Below are positions 52,743-64,000 of a stretch of 64,000 nucleotides of DNA, one piece after another. Source of the DNA: Myxococcales bacterium (lineage in GTDB: Bacteria; Myxococcota_A; Polyangia; Nannocystales; Nannocystaceae); assembly GCA_020633295.1 (NCBI GenBank), contig JACKDW010000006.1:206181-270180 (forward strand). The letters run 5' to 3'. The position numbers were made by a program, and so were the translations under genes. The notes under the pieces were generated by a model. The model was not told the DNA's origin, did no database searches, and saw nothing but the letters and a program-made list of their open reading frames with translations. Within the stretch, counting starts at the first letter, position 1. The number at the start of each line of letters is the position of its first letter.

Positions 52743-53816
52743 CTACCAGTCGTCGCGAAAACGCAGCACCTGCTCCCGCACGCGCCGAAACACCGCCGCG
52801 GTCGCTACCACGTCCTTGCGGTTGTAGGTCGCGATCATCTCGATGTCGCCGCGCGCGTAGGCCGGCGCGACTTGGGAGCCGTCCATCTCGTCCTTCGGGC
52901 TCGTGATCCCCAGCGACCAGCACACCATGTCGAGCGTCATCGGCCCGAGCGGCCGCCCCTGCGTCAGCACGCGGTAGAGATCGAGGTGGGGTCGCAGCGC
53001 GTAGGGGTTGCCCAGCAGATCGACGCGCGCCGGGATCCCGTGGACCAGGCTGCGCCCGACCAGAAACGGCACGTCGAAGGTGCGGCCGTTGTAGGTGATG
53101 ACGACCCCCGCGTGGGCCGCGAGCGCCCAGAACGCCTCGAGCAGCTCGGGCTCCGAGACCGGCTGCATCCACGGCGGGTACGCGGCGCGCTGGGCCTCAT
53201 CGTGCTCCGGCGGCGGGACCACGAGCACGCGCACGCCGTCGTCGGTCTCCGCGTCGGCCTCGCCGTAGGCGAGCGACACGACCTTGCCGAGCATCGGCGA
53301 CAGCCCCATCACCATGTCCTCGTCGCCGCCCTGTCGCTCCGCGTGGCGGTGAACGGCCTTGCGGATCGTCTCGGGCGCCGTCGCCAGCTCCGTCGCGGGC
53401 ACCGTCTCGATGTCGAACACGAGGTTCGCGCACAGCGAGTCGGCGACCTTCGGGTAGCCGGCTCCGAACACCCGGCCGGCGTCGTAGCCGGGCTCGCGCT
53501 CCGTCAGCGTCCGGATCCCCCGCACGTTCAGCTGCAGCGCGCCTTGATAGTGCTCGCTGCGAAACAGCAGCTTCACGACCGCGCCGCGCCGCAGGCCCGC
53601 GGCCGTCTGGATCGCCGCGCCGGCGTCGTCCCAGATCTTGCCCGCGACTGAACGTGTCTGATCAGCCAGCTCAAGATCCACGTAGGGTCGCCCGGCCCGC
53701 GTGCGCCCCTCACGGACATCGCGGACCGCCGCGAAGGCCGTCAAGAGCGGCGCCTCTTCGTCCTCGATCCGGTCGAGCGTGGCCACGAAGACCGGCTCTG
53801 GACGCCCGTTCGCCAT
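52743..53816 (-). CDS. Predicted 3'-5' exonuclease related to the exonuclease domain of family-B DNA polymerases (DEDDy; YprB/PF10108-like), with N-terminal OB-fold-like region
   Basis: Exo I FDIETVP, Exo II YNGRTFDVPFL, Exo III YNRKD. Start at the internal Met (MANGRPEP) of ORF 52743..53930. Confidence 0.7.
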   Translation of the reverse strand: MANGRPEPVFVATLDRIEDEEAPLLTAFAAVRDVREGRTRAGRPYVDLELADQTRSVAGKIWDDAGAAIQTAAGLRRGAVVKLLFRSEHYQGALQLNVRGIRTLTEREPGYDAGRVFGAGYPKVADSLCANLVFDIETVPATELATAPETIRKAVHRHAERQGGDEDMVMGLSPMLGKVVSLAYGEADAETDDGVRVLVVPPPEHDEAQRAAYPPWMQPVSEPELLEAFWALAAHAGVVITYNGRTFDVPFLVGRSLVHGIPARVDLLGNPYALRPHLDLYRVLTQGRPLGPMTLDMVCWSLGITSPKDEMDGSQVAPAYARGDIEMIATYNRKDVVATAAVFRRVREQVLRFRDDW

Positions 53817-53920
53817 GGGTGGAGCATAGCAGCCAGCGCGCGAACGAGCGCCGGTCTTCCTTGCATACACACGGACTGCCTGCGGGCCGCTCCCGGTGCG
53901 TCGCGAGAGCGCAGCCGTTC

Positions 53921-53958
53921 GAACGAACAAAGCCGCGACCGGAGACCGATCGCGGCTG
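53921..53958 (-). terminator. Hairpin AGCCGCGA-ccggagaccga-TCGCGGCT with a U-rich 3' side on the minus strand. Candidate terminator of the atp operon.
   Basis: Read directly, 30 nt downstream of the atpC stop. Confidence 0.35.
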
Positions 53959-53984
53959 CATGGTGGCCAGCGCGTCGAACGCGA

Positions 53985-54440
53985 CTACGCCTGCGCGGCC
54001 CGGAGCTGGGCCTCGAGCCAGGCCTGCTGATCGCTGAGCTTGCGGTGCTCCACGGCGTCGATGGAGCCGAACTCCTTCGACAGCTCCGCCGAGACGTCCT
54101 TGAGCTCCGACGTGGCGGCCGCCACGTCGACCTCGGCGGAGTCGAGCGCGCGCTCGGTGAGGATCACGACGCGCCCGTCGGCGGTCACCTCGAGGAAGCC
54201 CGTGCCGACCGCGACGCGGCGGTCGACGGCGCCGTCGCGGAAGCGCACCACGCCCGGGATCACCGGCGTGATGAAGGGGACGTGATCGGGGAGCACCCCG
54301 AGCTCGCCTTTGAGCCCCGGCGCGTCGACGCCGGGGACGTCGACGCTCACGCGGCGCTTCTTCGCCTTCTCGCCCTCGCGCAGCGGCAGCGCCGAGCCGT
54401 GCGGGGTGAGGATCTCGAGCGCGATGTTGGATGCGGCCAT
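53985..54440 (-). CDS. atpC: F1Fo ATP synthase epsilon subunit
   Basis: Size, position after atpD, conserved N-terminal beta-sandwich and C-terminal helices. Confidence 0.85.
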   Translation of the reverse strand: MAASNIALEILTPHGSALPLREGEKAKKRRVSVDVPGVDAPGLKGELGVLPDHVPFITPVIPGVVRFRDGAVDRRVAVGTGFLEVTADGRVVILTERALDSAEVDVAAATSELKDVSAELSKEFGSIDAVEHRKLSDQQAWLEAQLRAAQA

Positions 54441-54467
54441 AGCCTCGTACCTCTAGTCGCGGCCGGC

Positions 54468-56153
<1,686 letters not shown>

Positions 56154-57038
56154 CTACTTGAGGGCCTCGGCGCCGCCGATGATCTCCATGAGTTCCTTGG
56201 TGATGGCGGCCTGGCGCTCTCGGTTGTACTCGAGGGTCAGGTCACCGATGAGCTCGCTCGCGTTGTCCGTCGCCGAGTCCATCGCCATGCGGCGGGACGC
56301 GATCTCGGAGGCGACCGAGTTGAACATGGCCTGCTGGACACGTGACTGAAGCGCCACGGGCAGCAGATGGTCGAGCAGCGACGCGGGGTCCGGCTCGAAC
56401 ACGGGCGGGAGGCTGCTGACCTCGCCCTCCGCGGGCTGGAACGGCAGCAGCGGGAGGGTCGTGACCTCCTGCACCAGCACGTTCTTGAAGTGGTTATAGA
56501 TCATGAAGAAGCTGTCGACGTGCGGGAGCCCGGTGTCCTTGCTCTCCGTGAACATCGCCGCGACCTCCGTGCACACCGACTTCGCGACGTCGACGATCGT
56601 CTTGAGGTCCGGGGACGGGTGCTTCGAGGCGACCGCGATGTCCTCGTGGCGCAGGTAGCTGTGGCTCTTCTTGCCGCAGGCGACGATCTCGACCTTGACG
56701 CCGAGCGCCTCCTGGTCGCGGACGAACTTCTTCGTGGCCCGGTTGACGTTGGCGTTGAAGCCCCCGCACAGCCCGCGATCGGCGGTCAGCACGACCAGGC
56801 CGACGGTCTTGATCTCGCTCTTGCTGGCGAGCAAGGGGCTGAGCGCCGCGTCCGCGTCGATGGCGTTGAGGAGGTCGCGGACGACCTCCTCGAGCCGGTC
56901 ACCGTAGGGGCGCGCCGACGTCGCCGCGTTCTGGGCCTTCACGAGCTGCGCCGACGCGATCCGGCTCATCGCCGAGGTGATCTTGCGCGTGCTCTTGACC
57001 GTCGTGATGCGGTTGCGGATTTCCTTGAGGCTGCCCAT
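56154..57038 (-). CDS. atpG: F1Fo ATP synthase gamma subunit
   Basis: Conserved N-terminal MGSLKEIRNRITTVKSTRKIT and C-terminal helices. Confidence 0.9.
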   Translation of the reverse strand: MGSLKEIRNRITTVKSTRKITSAMSRIASAQLVKAQNAATSARPYGDRLEEVVRDLLNAIDADAALSPLLASKSEIKTVGLVVLTADRGLCGGFNANVNRATKKFVRDQEALGVKVEIVACGKKSHSYLRHEDIAVASKHPSPDLKTIVDVAKSVCTEVAAMFTESKDTGLPHVDSFFMIYNHFKNVLVQEVTTLPLLPFQPAEGEVSSLPPVFEPDPASLLDHLLPVALQSRVQQAMFNSVASEIASRRMAMDSATDNASELIGDLTLEYNRERQAAITKELMEIIGGAEALK

Positions 57039-57092
57039 CGCTCGCCTGCCAACTCGTTCTGGAGAGAGGACCGGGTGCGCCGGTCCGGGGGA

Positions 57093-58604
<1,512 letters not shown>

Positions 58605-58652
58605 GTTCGGGTCGATCCTGCGGTTTCGCGTACGGTTAGGCGTGCGCGCGGC

Positions 58653-59207
58653 TCAGTCGCCGCGCAGCGCCGCGCGCATGTTCTGGAGAGATTTTTTGAC
58701 GCTCCCGTCGATGACGGTGCTCCCGATCCGGGTGACCAGACCACCGATCAACGAGGGGTCGACGGAGGAGTCGAGCAGGACGGTCTTCTGCGTCGCCTGC
58801 TCGAGGGACTGCTTGATGCGGCCGAGCGCGCTCGGGTTGAGCGGCCGCGCCGAGCGAACCTCGGCGTGCACTCGGTTCGCCATGTCGTCGACCATCTCGT
58901 CGTAGAACCGGCTCATCTGGGCGACGCCGGCGATGCGACCGCGATCGAACACGTAGTCGAGGAACTTGACCACCGTGGGGTCGATGCGCAGGCGCCGACA
59001 GATGGTGTCGAGCACGGCGCGACGCTGGCTAGCGGGGTAGCGCTCGGTCTCGAGGATGGTCGCCAGCGAGGAGCCGCGCCCGTCGTCGACCTTGGTCGCG
59101 GCGACGACCGACGCGAGGTGCTGTCCAAAGAGATCCCGGCGCTGCGCGGTCTCTGCGAGCTCGATCAGCGCGCGCGCGTAACGGCGTGCGAGGGTTCCAG
59201 GGATCAC
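58653..59207 (-). CDS. atpH: F1Fo ATP synthase delta (OSCP) subunit
   Basis: Size and position. 4-nt overlap with atpF. Confidence 0.8.
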   Translation of the reverse strand: MIPGTLARRYARALIELAETAQRRDLFGQHLASVVAATKVDDGRGSSLATILETERYPASQRRAVLDTICRRLRIDPTVVKFLDYVFDRGRIAGVAQMSRFYDEMVDDMANRVHAEVRSARPLNPSALGRIKQSLEQATQKTVLLDSSVDPSLIGGLVTRIGSTVIDGSVKKSLQNMRAALRGD

Positions 59208-59947
59208 GATGCACCTCCAGCAAGCGGAGCGGAGGCGACGCGCGTGACGTAGTCGTCGACGATGCGCCGCTGATCGCTCTCGGAGAACTGCGACACGAGG
59301 ATCGCCTCGGCCTTCTCAATCGCGGAGTCGACGATCTCGCGCTCGATCTCGAGACGCCTCGACGCGGCCTCGCGCTCGGCCGCGGCGACGGCCGCCGCGC
59401 GGATCTTCTCGGCCTCGGCGCGGGCCTCTTCGACGATCTGGCGCGAGCTGGTCTCGGCGTTCTTGCGCGCCGTCTGGAGGATCTCGGCCTTCTCGCGCTC
59501 GAACTGATCGAGCAGCGAGGACACCCGCCCGATGACCTCCTCGGCGGTCGCCTTGGCCTCGGTCGCCTCGTCGAGCTTGGCCTTGATCTCGTCGTGCCGC
59601 GCCGCGTTCTTGCGGATCAGGTTCTTGAAGACGAGCAGGTAGGCCATCGCCACGAGCGCGGCGAAGTTGATCAGCGTGAACACGAAGCCGACGGTGTGCT
59701 CATCACCGAGCCAGCTGATCCCGTCGTGAACCGCGCCGTGCCCACCGGCGGCGTGCTCGCCCGCGGCCTCACCGTGGCCAGCCGCAGCCGCGCCATGGCC
59801 AGCGGCCTCGCCGTGTCCAGCCTCACCGTGTCCGCCAGCGGCGGGCGAGGCGAACACGGGCGGCGAGACGACCAGGAAGTACAGCGCGCTGACGCCCACG
59901 GCGTACAGGCGCCACCGGAGCGGACCAGTGTGGTTTCGAAGCTTCAC
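59204..59947 (-). CDS. atpF: F1Fo ATP synthase b subunit with extra N-terminal hydrophobic segment and His/Gly/Ala-rich repeat (HGEAAGHGEAAGHG...)
   Basis: Canonical b-subunit TM (VGFVFTLINFAALVAMAYLLVF) and long charged helix. Extension precedes the TM. Confidence 0.75.
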   Translation of the reverse strand: MKLRNHTGPLRWRLYAVGVSALYFLVVSPPVFASPAAGGHGEAGHGEAAGHGAAAAGHGEAAGEHAAGGHGAVHDGISWLGDEHTVGFVFTLINFAALVAMAYLLVFKNLIRKNAARHDEIKAKLDEATEAKATAEEVIGRVSSLLDQFEREKAEILQTARKNAETSSRQIVEEARAEAEKIRAAAVAAAEREAASRRLEIEREIVDSAIEKAEAILVSQFSESDQRRIVDDYVTRVASAPLAGGAS

Positions 59948-60429
59948 GAGGCCCTCCGCAGGATCTTGTTGGCGACGTGCTGCGCGAGCTCGTCGACGCG
60001 GCGCTGCAGCGACTCGCGGGCGACGGCGCCCTGCTTCGCGATCTGCTCGCGCGCCGTCTCGAGGTGGTGAGCCGCCTCGGCGCGCGCCTCTGTCAGCGCC
60101 TGCTGCCGGGTCGTCTCGGCCTCGCGCCGCTCGTGCGAGCGAAGCTCCAGCGCGACGCGCTCGGCCTCGGCCTTCTGTGTGTCGTACTGGTGCTGGACCG
60201 CGTCAGCGCGCTCGCGCAGCGCGGTCGCGCTCTCGAGCGCGCCGTCGATGGCCTCGATGCGTCGCTGCCGGGTCTCGAGCCACGGCTTGAACAGGAGCGG
60301 CTGGAGGATGAACATCAACAGCAGGAAGGTCCCCAGCTGGATCCACATCGTCCCGTCGATGTCGACGACGGGGGCCGAGCCCGAGGCGAGAGCTGTGACA
60401 ATGGCAACGTCAATCACGTTCATGGTCAC
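59944..60429 (-). CDS. atpF2: F1Fo ATP synthase b' subunit
   Basis: Single TM (LGTFLLLMFILQPLLF) + charged coiled coil. Overlaps atpF by 4 nt. Start GTG at 60429 or ATG at 60423. Confidence 0.7.
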   Translation of the reverse strand: MTMNVIDVAIVTALASGSAPVVDIDGTMWIQLGTFLLLMFILQPLLFKPWLETRQRRIEAIDGALESATALRERADAVQHQYDTQKAEAERVALELRSHERREAETTRQQALTEARAEAAHHLETAREQIAKQGAVARESLQRRVDELAQHVANKILRRAS

Positions 60430-61099
60430 TCAAAAGGGGGCTTGTTTCGGCGCGACCAGGGGTGAAGCGAGCGTCCCGAGGGACTCCTGGAAGCTCCCCC
60501 GGAATCTCCCCGGAGAGGCTTCCTCGCGCGCGCTCGAGGAATTTGCGAGCACATGCGCGATGGTGTTGGGGTCGCGTGGCGGCGCGCTCGTACCACGCAG
60601 GGTGTCGGCCGTCAACGACCCCTACGGGCCCCCAGGAACGTGAGTCGACCGACGCGCTCGCGGCCGTGGGCGGCTCGTAGAGCGCTCGCCTCGCGGCTGC
60701 TCGCGAAGACAGATCGCCTCGCGCGCCGTGAGCTCGCGCGGCCGAGACTTCGCGGCGGATCGACGTCGGGTGCGCTGTCCGTTCTCGCCGCGTGGCGCCC
60801 GACAACAACCCGTTGATCCGTCTCACCGTCGCTACCGGTGTGTCACGGGGTCGCCGCGGCGCAAGCGAGGCGCCAGGCACGTGCGGCGCCCGGTCGCACA
60901 CGCGCGAGACGGTGAGAAACAGCACCACGTCTCGAGGGCGATCCCGCGAGGCGTGGCGCCCTGCCCCACGCCGCGCCTACTCCTTTAAAATACGAAGGCG
61001 CCGCGGGCGCCCACCGTGGAGCGACCGCGACGCCGATCGAGTCGATCTCGGGAGCCTTCGTGTCTCGGCTCGCGGTTCGGCTCGCTTCTGGGCCGAGGC

Positions 61100-61498
61100 C
61101 TACGCCTCGTTCTTCTTGTTGGTGCCGGTCGGCATCGCCACGACCTGCGGCTCCTTGCGCGTGCTCCGGTTGGCGCTCTCCATCGCGCAGTTACCTTCGA
61201 ACACGGCGCCCTTCTCGATCATCAAGCTCGGGGTCTTGAGGTTGCCGTAAACGCGCGCCGACGAGTGGATCTCGAGGGACTCGGCGGCCGTGATCTGCCC
61301 GTGGACTTGGCCCTCGATCACGACGTTGCCCGCGCGAATCTCGGCGTTGACCTCGGCGGTCTTGCCGACGACGAGCGTGCCCCGCGTATCGATCTCGCCC
61401 TTGTACACCCCGTCGATACGAACGGTGCCCTCGAACGTGAGTTTACCGTCGAACGAGCTGCCTTTACCCAGGATGGTGGTGACTTCGCTTCCTGCCAT
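61100..61498 (-). CDS. Bactofilin
   Basis: DUF583 beta-helix repeats (KGEIDTRGTLVVGKTAEVNAEIRAGNVVIEGQVHGQITAAESLEIH). Start at the internal Met preceded by GGAGG. Confidence 0.8.
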   Translation of the reverse strand: MAGSEVTTILGKGSSFDGKLTFEGTVRIDGVYKGEIDTRGTLVVGKTAEVNAEIRAGNVVIEGQVHGQITAAESLEIHSSARVYGNLKTPSLMIEKGAVFEGNCAMESANRSTRKEPQVVAMPTGTNKKNEA

Positions 61499-61695
61499 TG
61501 TGCTACCTCCCGCGCCTGCGCGCCCGCGCGCCTGCATTTTCGCGCGGGGGGACGGTAGCGACTTCGAACGCGTCTGAACACTGATTTTTTGTCCAGACCG
61601 CGAGTCACGCACTCCGAGACCGACGGCGAATTTACTCCACGTGAGTCTGGTACTGGCGTAGCATCGGAGGCCGCACTACCTTTGTCTGCGCTTCC

Positions 61696-62730
61696 GTGAG
61701 TTCGCTACCGGAAGAGCACTCCGACCGCAGGCTGCGACGGATGGCTGCTGAGGACGATTCCAGCGAAAACCACGTCCTGCCGCATCGGCACGCCGACGAC
61801 CACGGCCCGGTCCGCCTGGCTGAGGTCTTCTCGCGCGCGCGCGCTGTGCTGCAGGCGCTCGTGGCCAACACGGGTGACGACGAGACCTTGATCATCGCCA
61901 CCGACGGGTCCGGCTTCCCGGTCGCCCAGCGAGTGATCAAGCGCCCCGAGAACCTCCCACACGCGCTCGTCATCGGTCGGCACAACCGCTGCGCCCTGAC
62001 GATCCCAGGCGACAGCCGGGTGAGCTTACGGCACATCCTGCTCACGGCCTGGCCCGGTCAAGGGATGCTGCGGCTCCGCGGCTACGACCTCGGCGGGCGC
62101 GCGGGCATCGTGCTCGCCGACGGCAAGCGCGTGCCGGGCTTCTCCGCGCTCGGTCACGTCGCGCTGTCGTTCGGGCGCACGGCGATGTTCGTCATCCCGG
62201 GCGGACGCAAGGGCCACGGCCTGCTCACGGGGAGCTCCGATGAGTCATTCGAACGACTCACCGGGATCAACCTCAAGGGAGGCGGCGCGCGCCTGGCGAT
62301 GTCGGCGATGGCCGAGCCGAGCGTCGCGCAGCTCGGCGGCTACCGCCCGCTCGACGTCGAGGCCCGTCCGCAGTCCCGCGGCGTGCTTCGGCTGCGCTCG
62401 CTCAAGGCGAAGTCCGATCGCGCCGACCAAAAACGCGAGCTCGACGTCGACAGCGAGCAGCTGCAGCGCGGGCTGCTCATCGGCCGCTACAGCGATCGCT
62501 GCTCGCTCGCCGGTTCGGGGCGCAACCTCTCCCGCGTGCACGCGCTGGTCACCGAGGAGGGCCCCCACTCCCTGCTCGTCTACGACCTCGCCAGCACCAA
62601 CGGCGTGCGCCCCGGGCACGACACCGAGGGGCCGAGTCATCCGGTCGTGCGACTCAAGCACAACGATCCGGTCATGCTCGGGCACTTCGAGTTGAGCTGG
62701 CAGCCCGCGTCGAACATCAACGTCCACTGA
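61696..62730 (+). CDS. Tandem FHA-domain protein
   Basis: Two FHA-like units (LVIGRHNRCALTIPGDSRVSLRHILL...; LLIGRYSDRCSLAGSGRNLSRVHALV...YDLASTNG). Confidence 0.7.
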   Translation: MSSLPEEHSDRRLRRMAAEDDSSENHVLPHRHADDHGPVRLAEVFSRARAVLQALVANTGDDETLIIATDGSGFPVAQRVIKRPENLPHALVIGRHNRCALTIPGDSRVSLRHILLTAWPGQGMLRLRGYDLGGRAGIVLADGKRVPGFSALGHVALSFGRTAMFVIPGGRKGHGLLTGSSDESFERLTGINLKGGGARLAMSAMAEPSVAQLGGYRPLDVEARPQSRGVLRLRSLKAKSDRADQKRELDVDSEQLQRGLLIGRYSDRCSLAGSGRNLSRVHALVTEEGPHSLLVYDLASTNGVRPGHDTEGPSHPVVRLKHNDPVMLGHFELSWQPASNINVH

Positions 62731-63000
62731 GCCGCGCGTCGTGATCGCGTCGCTGTCAAGCGGCGCGACAACCGACGCCAGGACTCCTGCGGACTCGCAG
62801 GGCGCACGTGATATCGCTCGCCCCGCGAACGCGCACGTCGACCGCGAGCGACGGCCTGCTCGCGCGCGTGAGCGCAAATTCCGGGAGCAAAGCGCGTGGA
62901 TCTGTGATAGGAGCCTGCTTGAGGCTCGGCTTTACGCGCCTGGAAGCACCTGGCGCGGGCACCCTGCGATGCCGCCGAAGCCGGCCGCGGCGGACAAACC

Positions 63001-63822
63001 ATGAGTCAGCAAAGCCAGACAGCGAAACCGGGTGGTCTCGGCGCCCTGTTCACCTCGACGATCGGTCTCAAGGTCCTGATGGCCGTCACCGGCGCCGCGC
63101 TCGTGCTGTTCGTTGTTCAGCACATGTTCGCGAACTTGCAGATCTTCGCCGGTCGCGAGGTCTACAACGAGTACGCCCACTTCATGCAGTCGCTCGGCAA
63201 GCTGCTGTGGGTCGCGCGGCTCGGCCTCATCCTGATCGTCGTGCTGCACATCTGGGCGGCGGTGCACGTCGCCCGGCTCAACGACGAGGCGCGGCAGCAC
63301 CGCTACCACAAGCCGCGCAAGTACCAGGTGACGACCCCCTGGGCCCGCTACATGCTGTTCTCGGGCGTCGTCATCTTCCTCTTCATCGTCTACCACATCC
63401 TCCACTTCACGGCGGGCCTCGCGGATCCGGCCGTGTTCAACCACTGGGAGGTGCTGGTCGCGGGGCACTGGATGCCCACGCCGGACAGCTTCGACCCGGC
63501 GGCGGCCGTGGCTGCGGGCGCCGAGATTCGCCACGACGCCTACGAGATGTTCATCCTCGGGCTGCAGAAGCCGATGGTGGGGCTGTTCTACGTGGTCGCC
63601 AACATCGCGCTGGCCATGCACCTGGCCCACGCGTGCACGAGCATGTTCCAGACGCTCGGGCTCAGCTACGGCAAGTACCGCCCGTTCGTCGTGCTCATCG
63701 GCCCGGCGATCGGCGCGCTGCTGCTCGTCGGCAACGTGCTCATGCCCCTCGCCATGATGACCGGCATGGTCCAGGTCGACACGATCGGCGCCGTCGCGCC
63801 CGTGTCCCACGGCGGCCACTAG
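63001..63822 (+). CDS. sdhC: Succinate dehydrogenase/fumarate reductase cytochrome b subunit (b558-type, multi-TM)
   Basis: Five predicted TM helices with conserved His. Immediately precedes the flavoprotein gene. Confidence 0.8.
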   Translation: MSQQSQTAKPGGLGALFTSTIGLKVLMAVTGAALVLFVVQHMFANLQIFAGREVYNEYAHFMQSLGKLLWVARLGLILIVVLHIWAAVHVARLNDEARQHRYHKPRKYQVTTPWARYMLFSGVVIFLFIVYHILHFTAGLADPAVFNHWEVLVAGHWMPTPDSFDPAAAVAAGAEIRHDAYEMFILGLQKPMVGLFYVVANIALAMHLAHACTSMFQTLGLSYGKYRPFVVLIGPAIGALLLVGNVLMPLAMMTGMVQVDTIGAVAPVSHGGH

Positions 63823-63897
63823 CTCGCGTCTGAAGTCCCCCTTCCTCCCCTAGCCCAGAAGTCTCCCCCAAGGTCTCCCCCAAGGAGAACACGCGCC

Positions 63898-64000
63898 ATG
63901 CAGCTCAACGCACGCATCCCGTCGGGACCCATCGCGAAGAAGTGGGACAGGCACCGCTTCGAAATGAAGCTGGTCAACCCGGCCAACAAGCGCAAGTTCG
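63898..64000 (+). CDS. sdhA: Succinate dehydrogenase/fumarate reductase flavoprotein subunit, 5' end (partial)
   Basis: [35 protein letters not shown]-terminus typical of this SdhA subclass. AAGGAGAAC RBS upstream. Confidence 0.6.
   Translation, partial: MQLNARIPSGPIAKKWDRHRFEMKLVNPANKRKF

Noticed and set aside
60410-60928. 172-aa ORF upstream of the atp operon, considered as a possible atpI/atpB
   Set aside because: No hydrophobic helices (AtpI/a subunits are polytopic membrane proteins). Arg/Ala-rich artefact composition.

Overview
64 kb window of very high-GC (~70%+) bacterial chromosome, densely coding on both strands, with no rRNA/tRNA genes, CRISPR arrays or recognisable IS/transposase genes. 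Several marker features (a MYXO-CTERM-like C-terminal sorting tail, a PA14 lipoprotein, bactofilin with an FHA protein, an NtrC-type sigma-54 activator, a DUF4388-type protein, an oxidosqualene cyclase) point to a Myxococcota-like organism. This is inference from gene content only. Core genes present: bioA, rseP, tsaB, prfA, zapA, tyrS, an F1Fo ATP synthase operon atpF'-F-H-A-G-D-C (no a/c subunits in the window) and sdhC plus the 5' end of sdhA. Accessory content worth a second look: (1) a bacterial oxidosqualene (sterol) cyclase at the window start; (2) a putative operon of TPR-sensor histidine kinase, single-domain response regulator and sigma-54 activator, followed by unknown genes and a ~940-bp non-coding tract containing an AT-richer island with tandem TTGAC pentamers; (3) an all-minus-strand cluster of GlmU-N-terminal-like nucleotidyltransferase, Omp85-family outer membrane protein, small periplasmic accessory protein and HAMP sensor kinase; (4) a giant VIT-vWA lipoprotein; (5) a DUF4388-type protein with an extreme acidic tandem-repeat region; (6) a possible frameshift in a (GC)7 tract linking a lipoprotein signal peptide to a SAM-methyltransferase domain; (7) a ~110-bp tandem duplication of a gene's 3' end; (8) a PolB-like 3'-5' exonuclease next to the ATP synthase operon; (9) ATP synthase b and beta subunits with unusual His/Gly-rich and Ser/Gly-rich N-terminal extensions; (10) several coding and intergenic microsatellites. 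Family assignments rest on motifs I could read directly in the ORF translations; no database search was possible. I could not identify a single clearly novel multi-gene system with confidence. The candidates above are ranked by interest in the findings.
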